A program made the translations under genes and the position numbers. Positions 28,540 through 35,621 of a stretch of DNA of 64,000 nucleotides are shown piece after piece. The notes under the pieces were generated by a model that was not told where the DNA came from, did not search any database, and saw only the letters and a program-made list of their open reading frames with translations. The stretch is from an uncultured Gemmatimonadales bacterium. Lineage in GTDB: Bacteria > Gemmatimonadota > Gemmatimonadetes > Gemmatimonadales > GWC2-71-9. Each line of letters starts with the position of its first letter. The stretch's first letter is position 1. Location of the stretch: the NCBI GenBank assembly GCA_963828735.1, contig CAWHFW010000005.1, forward strand, positions 1,760,001-1,824,000. Direction: 5' to 3'.

Positions 28540-28959
28540 GAGGACAGCCGCAGCACCATGTCGAGCTGCACGGCTGCGCCGAATGGGAGGTGCGCGGTCA
28601 GCAGGTGGCCGTCGGGATTCACCGGAGATCCTCCGCGGGGTGCCAGGGGAAGGGAGGGCCGCAGGGGAACCGGTGTCAAGGCCGCGGTTGAAGTGAAGCG
28701 AATCGCGCTGATGCAGCCGAATGCGCAGGACGATTCGGGCCCTCCCCCTTGTAACGATTCAGGCCTCGCCGGATGTGTGCGAGCCGCTGCACCCGGGGCC
28801 CCGCAAGCGAGGTGCGTGCACGCGCAACCGAGACTTGCAGGGTGGCACGAGAATGCATCTCGGCGCCCACTGTCGCTTTTCGCGTCGCGATCAGTTTTCT
28901 CACACTTGAGGGCCTGCCGGGTGGGGACGATCCTGTTGGCGTCTTCAACGGGAGAGCCA

Positions 28960-29847
28960 TTGCCGTTCGCGCCTGGCCGTCGCCATTTGACCGCTCCGCT
29001 CGCCGTGCTCACGCTCGCTGGCCTCGGGTGCGCGGGAGCGCCTGGCAGCGGGGTTTCGCTGCCGATGCCGCTGTTCTATCCGGCCTACGCATCCGCGGGG
29101 GCCGTTGCGTCTCCACGCGACACGGTCCATGCCGCGACTGCGGTCGCGCTGAAATCGGGGGCGAGCGCGGGGCAGAACTCCGCCCCGGCAGGCAAGCCGT
29201 CCCCCCGCAAGGGTCCCACGGCCAAGGCGCCAATCGGCAAAGGTCCCGCGGCCAAGGCGCCCGTCGCCAAGGGCCCCGCGGCCAAGCCGCGGGCGGGTAA
29301 GCCTCAACCTCGCCAGGCGGCCCCGCGCGTCCTCGTGGACAGCACCGCGCTCGAGTTCGCGGTGACCGCTCGGCTCGCGCACGAGCCGCTCACGCGCGCC
29401 ATCGCGCGGCGCACGCGGAACTCCGTGCTCGCCGAGCGTGCGGCCTGGGCGGTGACGCGGGAAGCGGGACGGCTGCGCATGAGCCCGAGTCTGCTGGCCG
29501 CGGTGCTGCTGGTGGAGAATCGGCAGCTCGACTCCGCGGCGGTGAGCAGCCAGGGCGCGATCGGATTGATGCAGGTGATGCCGATCCACGCCGGCAGCTA
29601 CGGCTGCGAATCGGCGGACCTCCTGACCGTGGACGCCAACATCTGCCACGGCGCGCGGATCCTGCATCTCTATCTCGTACGCAGTCGCTCGGTGACCGTC
29701 GCCCTCCGCCGGTACAACGGCTGCGTGCGCGGTGCCAATACGCCGCGCTGCTACCGCTATCCCGTGCGGGTGCTCCAGACCGCGGCACGGCTCCGCCGCG
29801 ACATCCTGGCCAGCGCCGCCCCCGCGGACCGTCGGGTGCGGATGTAG
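28960..29847 (+). CDS. Lytic transglycosylase (SLT domain) lipoprotein with Lys/Pro/Ala linker
   Basis: TTG start after GGGAG; lipobox LAGLGC; LLVEN...AVSSQGAIGLMQVMP...NICHGARIL...ALRRYNG. Start uncertain. Confidence 0.85.
   Translation: MPFAPGRRHLTAPLAVLTLAGLGCAGAPGSGVSLPMPLFYPAYASAGAVASPRDTVHAATAVALKSGASAGQNSAPAGKPSPRKGPTAKAPIGKGPAAKAPVAKGPAAKPRAGKPQPRQAAPRVLVDSTALEFAVTARLAHEPLTRAIARRTRNSVLAERAAWAVTREAGRLRMSPSLLAAVLLVENRQLDSAAVSSQGAIGLMQVMPIHAGSYGCESADLLTVDANICHGARILHLYLVRSRSVTVALRRYNGCVRGANTPRCYRYPVRVLQTAARLRRDILASAAPADRRVRM
29208..29297 (+). repeat. Three 30-bp coding tandem repeats (KGPxAKAPxx)
   Basis: Units begin at 29208, 29238 and 29268. Confidence 0.85.
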
Positions 29848-29857
29848 CGAGCGCCCG

Positions 29858-31696
29858 TCAGGGGCTCGCGGGCACGACCGTCACCTCGATACGAGAAGGA
29901 TGTTCCGCGGTGTGCCACACGCGGTGCGTCTCGGCGTGGAAGTCCGTCGCCTTCGCCTTGAAGATGTTCGGCACCCAGGTCTGCGGATTCCGGTCGTACA
30001 GCGGGAACCAGGTGCTCTGCACCTGCACCATCAGCTTGTGGCCGCGCTTGAAGGTGTAGGCTTGCTGGTGCAGGTCCACCGTGAAGTCGAGCGGCGTGTT
30101 CGGCGCGAGCGGGGCCGGGGCGCTGAAGCTCTTCCGGTAGCGGCCGCGCATGATCTCGTGCGCCACCATGAGCTCGTAGCCGCCGAGCTTCCAGTCGTCG
30201 GGCACGCTATCCGGAAGGACGTCGATCAGCTTCACCACCCAGTCGGCGTCCTGGCCGGTGGTGGAGGCCACGAGCCGTGCCGTCACGTCGCCGGCGATCG
30301 TCAGGTCCTCGCCCAGCGGCTCCGACACCCAGGTCAGGACGTCGGGCCGCCCGTCCACGAACCGCTGGTCCTCCGTCTCCCACACCCTCCAGCGCGAGCC
30401 CCGGGAGTCGTAGGTCTGCTCGACCGGCCGCGGCCGATAGGGCACCGGGTCCGCCGGGTCGGAGACGTACTGGTCGTAGGCTCGTTCGCCCGCGGCGGGC
30501 GGGTCGAACGAGACCTTCCTACCGGCCCGCAGGTAGATGCTGCGTCGCGCGCGGCCCTTCGGGGGCCAGGCATCGAACGAGCGCCACTGCCTCGCGCCCG
30601 AGTCGTAGAGATAGGCGTCGGGCACCGAGAGCGTACCCTTGTCCTTGAGCCAGTAGGCGAACCACGGCGCCTCGACATCACGCAGGTAGCCTTCGGACGT
30701 GCCCGGATCCACCACGGCCATCCGCCTCGGCTCGCCGCGGCGCCAGCCGCCGTGGTTCCAGGGTCCCATCACGAGCGCGTTCCGGTCGCTGGAGTCGCCG
30801 CGCTCGAGCGCCCGGTACGTGGCGAGCGGCCCGAAGCGATCCTCCTGATCCCACCATCCGCCCACCGTCAGCGTCGGAACCGCGGGGGCGGTCAGCCTGC
30901 GCTGGACGGCCCGCGCCTGCCAGAACGCGTCGTACGCGGGGTGCGCGACGAATGCGGACCAGGTCGGGTTCTTCCCCTGGAAGTACTTCGCGTCCACGCC
31001 CGCGAGCGATCCGAGCCGGCGGTACCAGTCGTAAGTATCCCAGGTATCGATCGGGAGCGGGACCGACATGTCCTTGCTCAGCTCGAGCGAGGCGCTGTAC
31101 TCGAAGCCGTACGACAGCCGGAACGCGCCCTGGTGGAAGAAGTCGTCGCCCATCCACGTGTCGGTCATCGGCGCCTGCGGAGAGATGGCCTTCATCGCGG
31201 GGTGCGGATTGATCCCGGCCATGGTCGCGAGGAACCCGGGATAGGAGACGCCGAGGGCGCCGACCCGCCCATTGTTGTTCGGAACGTTCTTGAGCAGCCA
31301 CTCGACCGTGTCGTAGGTGTCGGTGGTCTCGTCCACGCCGGCCGAATCGCGGGGATCGTGCAGCGGGCGGTTCATGAGGAACTGCCCTTCGCTGCCGAAT
31401 CGGCCGCGGATGTCCTGGGACACGAAGATGTAACCCTCGGCCGCGAGGAAGCGGTAGTCGTTGCCCACGACGGTGTCGCCGGCGATGCCGTAGGGCGTCC
31501 GCGTGAGGAGCAAGGGCAACTTGTCCGACGTGTTCCCGGGCGCGCAGACGCTGGTATGGAGGTGAACGCCGTCTCGAACGGGGATCTCCACGAACCGGCA
31601 GGCATAGGCGGAAATCGGAAGCGCCTGCGCCGTGGCGAGGGACGGGGATGTCGCGACGACGAGGAGCGCCAGGGGGACACGACGGATTCGGATCAT
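29858..31696 (-). CDS. CocE/NonD family serine hydrolase (alpha-amino acid ester hydrolase / glutaryl-7-ACA acylase-like), secreted
   Basis: Signal peptide; RTPY; QDIRGRFGSEG; GVSYPG nucleophile; WDQED; GPWNHG; QSTWFPLYDRNPQ. Confidence 0.92.
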   Translation of the reverse strand: MIRIRRVPLALLVVATSPSLATAQALPISAYACRFVEIPVRDGVHLHTSVCAPGNTSDKLPLLLTRTPYGIAGDTVVGNDYRFLAAEGYIFVSQDIRGRFGSEGQFLMNRPLHDPRDSAGVDETTDTYDTVEWLLKNVPNNNGRVGALGVSYPGFLATMAGINPHPAMKAISPQAPMTDTWMGDDFFHQGAFRLSYGFEYSASLELSKDMSVPLPIDTWDTYDWYRRLGSLAGVDAKYFQGKNPTWSAFVAHPAYDAFWQARAVQRRLTAPAVPTLTVGGWWDQEDRFGPLATYRALERGDSSDRNALVMGPWNHGGWRRGEPRRMAVVDPGTSEGYLRDVEAPWFAYWLKDKGTLSVPDAYLYDSGARQWRSFDAWPPKGRARRSIYLRAGRKVSFDPPAAGERAYDQYVSDPADPVPYRPRPVEQTYDSRGSRWRVWETEDQRFVDGRPDVLTWVSEPLGEDLTIAGDVTARLVASTTGQDADWVVKLIDVLPDSVPDDWKLGGYELMVAHEIMRGRYRKSFSAPAPLAPNTPLDFTVDLHQQAYTFKRGHKLMVQVQSTWFPLYDRNPQTWVPNIFKAKATDFHAETHRVWHTAEHPSRIEVTVVPASP

Positions 31697-31796
31697 GAGG
31701 CTCGGCCGGAGAGGGTGGGCCCGCCGAGGGGGCGGGCCCGATGAAGATAGTCTGAGCCCATGTCGGGGTCACTTCGCGAACACGAGCTCCCCGTCC

Positions 31797-32876
31797 TCAA
31801 TTCGCCGAACGGGCACTCGATCGCTCCCAGTTGACGAACAGGAAGCCACCCGGGGCGTCGAACTTCGGCTGCCCGGGACCCGGAGTGATCTGGAGCTGCA
31901 GCTCGTCGATCGGGTTCCTGGAGCAGTCCCAGCACGCCAAGGCGTAGTCCGAGGCTCGCCGGGTGTGAGAGAGCAGCATCACGTGCACGTAGGCGCTGTC
32001 CGACACGCGCACGCCGTTCCGGTACAGATGCGCGACGGACCACAGCGCGACCGCGCTGTTGATGGTGGGCACGAGCGGCGTATGAACCCCGGTAGCGCCA
32101 TGATAGTAGAGCCCGAGGATCACGCCGCCGAACTTGGGGTGATGCGGCACGTCCATCGTCTGCACCCGATCGAGCACGACCTTCCAGCGGGCCCCGTCGT
32201 GCGTCGTGAACTCCGCCGCACCGTCTACGGAGTCGCGGACGGCACCCTTGTCCCAGGCACTGAAGCTGAACGTGCCGGAGATCGGCGCGACGTTGTCGGA
32301 GTAGGGCCCCATCTTGATCTGCCCCTCCAACGCCTCGTGCTCCGGGCCGAAGGACTGGAGGATCGGCCCGGCGCTGTCGGGAAACGGGAACGGCCCCGGC
32401 AGGATCTGGATGACGGGCCCGCCGCCGGTCACCTGGATCCACTTGGCGGCGGCCTGCTCTCCACGCTGGCTCGTATCGGCGCCGGGGATCGCGCCGCCTT
32501 GCTGGCCGGAGGCCACTACCTTGAGGTGCGTCTCCATCCCGAGCTTCTTGTGCGAGTCCCGGCCGACCGGGCAGTAGATCTCATAGGTGCCGGGATCGAG
32601 TGTCACCGTCAGCGTCGCGGTCGTTCCGGGCTGGATGAGGGCGGTCTCCTTTTCGGTTCCGCGCCCTTCCACCTCGAAGGCGTGCGGGATGCTTCCGCCA
32701 TTGGTAATCGTGAACGTGACCGGCCCGGCGGGAACGGCTTGGTTCGACAACCGGATCGTCCACTCGGACAACGTGGCGTCCACCGCAGCGGGAGCGGCCC
32801 GGCGGCCAGGGGTTGCCGCGACGAGGGCGGCGGCGAAGGCGCCGCCGAGCAGCACGGCGATGGGTTCGGGTCTCAT
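31797..32876 (-). CDS. Secreted cupredoxin fused to an uncharacterised His-rich domain
   Basis: Signal peptide; type-1 copper ligands PHAF...YCPVGRDSHKKLGM; about 210-aa C-terminal domain not recognised. Confidence 0.85.
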   Translation of the reverse strand: MRPEPIAVLLGGAFAAALVAATPGRRAAPAAVDATLSEWTIRLSNQAVPAGPVTFTITNGGSIPHAFEVEGRGTEKETALIQPGTTATLTVTLDPGTYEIYCPVGRDSHKKLGMETHLKVVASGQQGGAIPGADTSQRGEQAAAKWIQVTGGGPVIQILPGPFPFPDSAGPILQSFGPEHEALEGQIKMGPYSDNVAPISGTFSFSAWDKGAVRDSVDGAAEFTTHDGARWKVVLDRVQTMDVPHHPKFGGVILGLYYHGATGVHTPLVPTINSAVALWSVAHLYRNGVRVSDSAYVHVMLLSHTRRASDYALACWDCSRNPIDELQLQITPGPGQPKFDAPGGFLFVNWERSSARSAN

Positions 32877-32923
32877 ACGCTCGATCCTCCTGATGGGGTG
32901 ACGTCGCTAACGTTCAAGCGGGA

Positions 32924-32979
32924 GACTCCACCCCCATCGCCGATATTCCCGAGGGAATAAACTCGCCGGTTGGCGAGTC
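32924..32979. promoter_or_regulatory. Back-to-back divergent ECF-type promoters GGAATA-N15-GAGTC
   Basis: Plus strand 32954-59 and 32975-79; minus strand 32949-44 and 32928-24; identical boxes and spacing. Confidence 0.8.
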
Positions 32980-33020
32980 CACTCCCGACGGGCTGGCGCG
33001 CGAGACACTCGAGGGACCGG

Positions 33021-33545
33021 TTGGAGCCAAGCGAGCTGGAGCGATTCGAGGCCGTGGTGCTGCCGCACTTGGACGCCGCCTACGGGCTGGCGCGCTACCT
33101 GACGCGGAACGACGCCGACGCCGAAGACGTCGTGCAGGAGTCGCTGTTGCGCGCACTGCGGCACTTCGGCGGATTCCGTGGCGCGGGCGCTCCGCAGGGC
33201 CGGGCCTGGGTGCTCGCGATCGTTCGGAACACCGCGTACACCTCGCGCCGTCGGCGCCGCGCGGACGCCTCCACGACGGAGTTCGACGAGGCCATCCACA
33301 GCGAGGCGGCCCGCGATGCGACCGGATCCGAGCTCGACCGTCGCGATTCGCGCGAGACCCTGGCGCAGGCGCTCGAGCGACTGTCGCCCGACCTGCGTGA
33401 GGTGATCGTCCTGCGGGAAATCGAAGGGCTGTCCTACAAGGAGATCGGCGAGGTGGTGGACGTGCCCATCGGCACGGTCATGTCCCGACTCTCGCGGGCC
33501 CGCAAGCGTCTGCAGGAGGCGCTCGCCGGGAATCAGGAGCGTTGA
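33021..33545 (+). CDS. ECF sigma factor
   Basis: [14 protein letters not shown]...DAEDVVQE...WVLAIVRN...LSYKEI...[13 protein letters not shown]. Start placed at TTG 33021 after GAGGGA. Confidence 0.93.
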   Translation: MEPSELERFEAVVLPHLDAAYGLARYLTRNDADAEDVVQESLLRALRHFGGFRGAGAPQGRAWVLAIVRNTAYTSRRRRRADASTTEFDEAIHSEAARDATGSELDRRDSRETLAQALERLSPDLREVIVLREIEGLSYKEIGEVVDVPIGTVMSRLSRARKRLQEALAGNQER

Positions 33546-33546
33546 G

Positions 33547-34320
33547 ATGACCCACCCGGACATCGAAGCCCAGGTCGACGCGTACCTCGACGGCGAGCTC
33601 GCCGCGAGCGATGCCGCCGAGCTCGAGGCGCACCTCGCGGGCTGCGCCAGCTGCGGACGGTTCCGCGCCGACCGGCTCGCCCTGCGCGCCGCCATCACGG
33701 CCGAGATGCCGAGGCTCGAGGCCCCGGATGCGCTGCGAGCGCGGGTCCGCGCCTCCCTCCGCGACGAGGCGAGGTCCACCGGCACCCGCCGGCCCGCCAC
33801 CTCCTGGCGCTGGCTGGCGCTCGCCGCGTCGCTGGCGGCCGTGGCGGTCGGCAGTTGGCGGTTGGGATCGGCACGCACGGCGTCGGCGATCCTCGCGGAC
33901 GAAGTGGTGGCGAGCCACGTCCGCTCGCTGATGCCCGGCCACCTCAGCGACGTCGTCTCGTCCGACCAGCATACCGTGAAACCGTGGTTCGACGGGAAGC
34001 TCGATTTCTCGCCCCCGGTGCATGACTTCGCCGGGCGCGGCTACCCGCTTCTCGGCGGACGACTCGACTACCTGAACGGGCGGCCGGTGGCGGCGCTGGT
34101 CTACGGCCGTCGGAAGCACGTCGTCAGCGTCTTCCTCTGGCCGGCAGACCGGCCCGAGCGGGTGTCCGCGCCACCGATGCGGAGGGGGTATCACGTGCTG
34201 CACTGGGCGACGCCCGATTTCGCCTACTGGGTCACCTCGGACATCGGGCAGTCGGAGCTGAAGGCGTTCGGGGAGATGCTGAGTCTCGCGGACTCGACGG
34301 CGGCAGGGGCGGAGAGGTGA
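33547..34320 (+). CDS. Zinc-binding (ZAS) transmembrane anti-sigma factor
   Basis: YLDGEL...[31 protein letters not shown]. Confidence 0.92.
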   Translation: MTHPDIEAQVDAYLDGELAASDAAELEAHLAGCASCGRFRADRLALRAAITAEMPRLEAPDALRARVRASLRDEARSTGTRRPATSWRWLALAASLAAVAVGSWRLGSARTASAILADEVVASHVRSLMPGHLSDVVSSDQHTVKPWFDGKLDFSPPVHDFAGRGYPLLGGRLDYLNGRPVAALVYGRRKHVVSVFLWPADRPERVSAPPMRRGYHVLHWATPDFAYWVTSDIGQSELKAFGEMLSLADSTAAGAER

Positions 34321-34413
34321 CAGGGACGGCCCGAGCCAGGAAGCCCGCATCCGTCTGCGTGTGCCCCTGCGCACAATTTGCCAGCGGCACGGTCGGGCCA
34401 TAGCTTGGCCGAC

Positions 34414-34974
34414 ATGTCCACCGCCCCGGACTCGCTGTCGCCCGCCCTCGAGCGCGTGCTCGAGAAGTTCGCCGGCATCGTCCGGCGGGTGTGCTGGCGG
34501 TATCACTTCGCCGGGGCGGAGGTGGACGAGCTGATGCAGGAGGTTCGGATCCGCCTGTGGCACGCCCACGGCGGCCACGAGGGCGCCGGTGAGACGCTGG
34601 CGGCCATCCCTGCGTCATATCTCCATAGGACGGCTCTCTCCGCGGCCGTCGACCTGCTGCGCCGCCGCCGGGCGCGGCGTGCCGACCAGATGATTCCCAT
34701 CGAGGACGAGCCGGCAGGTATGGCGGAGGCGCCCGGACCGGAGCAGGCGCTCGCGGAATCGGAGCTCGCCCAACAGGTCGAGCGCGCGCTCCAGTCCATT
34801 CAGCCGTCCCGCCGCCCGGTGGTCAGGATGCATCTCATGGGACATCCACGCGAGGAGATCGCCCGGGTGCTCGGGTGGTCCGAATCCAAGACGCGCAACC
34901 TGCTGTATCGCGGGCTGGCGGACGTGCGCGAACGCCTGGTGGCTGAGGGGGTCCAATGGACCAGCCGAACGTAA
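34414..34974 (+). CDS. ECF sigma factor
   Basis: Region 2 VDELMQEVRIRLW...SYLHRTALSAAVDLLR; region 4 EEIARVLGWSESKTRNLLYRGL. Confidence 0.88.
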   Translation: MSTAPDSLSPALERVLEKFAGIVRRVCWRYHFAGAEVDELMQEVRIRLWHAHGGHEGAGETLAAIPASYLHRTALSAAVDLLRRRRARRADQMIPIEDEPAGMAEAPGPEQALAESELAQQVERALQSIQPSRRPVVRMHLMGHPREEIARVLGWSESKTRNLLYRGLADVRERLVAEGVQWTSRT

Positions 34975-35621
34975 CCGAAACCATGCGGCTCCAAGAGCTC
35001 TACTCGCGTCGGGTGACCGAAGAGAGCCCCGACGGCGCTCCCCACGCGACGCCGGAAGCGATCCTCGCCGTGGTCCAGCGAGAGGGCTCGGAGGAGGAGC
35101 GGCTCGCGACGCTCGAGCACGTCATGGCCTGCGCTGCATGCCACCGCGAATACGAGTGGCTGACGGCGGTCGACCAGGCCGGCTTCGAGGCGGAAGCCGG
35201 CCAGACCGGGGGGCAGCGGCGCGCGTGGTGGCGCGGCGCGCCCCTGGCGCTCGCCGCGTCGTTGCTGGCGGTGGTGGGGGTGGGCCTGGTGCTCTCGGGT
35301 GTTCTCAGGACCGGCACGGAGCAGGTGCGTGGCCCCTCGGCGGACATCGTTCTCGTGGGGCCGCATGGACGGGCCAGGGCCGACGGGCCGCTCACGTTCA
35401 CCTGGCGCGCGGTTCCCGGCGTGTCGCGTTACGTGCTCGAGGTGCAGCGGACGGATGGCTCGGTGGCGCTCGCGCGCGAGACGGCCGATACCGTGGCTAC
35501 GGTCGCCAGTCCGTCCACACAGCTTCCGGACTCCGTCTACCGCTGGTGGGTGCGCGAGGTCACCGACGGCGCCGAGCCGAGGAGCTCCGCGTTGCGTGAC
35601 CTGCGGCTAGGCGGTCGCTGA
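34956..35621 (+). CDS. ZAS-type transmembrane anti-sigma factor with extracytoplasmic FN3/Ig-like domain
   Basis: HVMACAAC; TM PLALAASLLAVVGVGLVL; linker EQVRGP; FTWRAVPGVSRYVLEV...YRWWV. Overlaps the sigma stop. Confidence 0.82.
   Translation: MDQPNVTETMRLQELYSRRVTEESPDGAPHATPEAILAVVQREGSEEERLATLEHVMACAACHREYEWLTAVDQAGFEAEAGQTGGQRRAWWRGAPLALAASLLAVVGVGLVLSGVLRTGTEQVRGPSADIVLVGPHGRARADGPLTFTWRAVPGVSRYVLEVQRTDGSVALARETADTVATVASPSTQLPDSVYRWWVREVTDGAEPRSSALRDLRLGGR

Noticed and set aside
28843..28857. Sigma54-like TGGCACG...TGCA
   Set aside because: GG-to-GC spacing is 9 nt rather than the required 10.
28267..28959. N-terminal extension of the SLT ORF, or a c-di-AMP/c-di-GMP riboswitch in this leader
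   Set aside because: The extension overlaps the GNAT gene and looks non-coding; I could not match riboswitch consensus elements by eye. An Rfam scan would settle it.
31717..31739. Perfect 9-bp hairpin GGGCCCGCC-N5-GGCGGGCCC
   Set aside because: Short GC-only stems are common at this base composition and there is no U tail.
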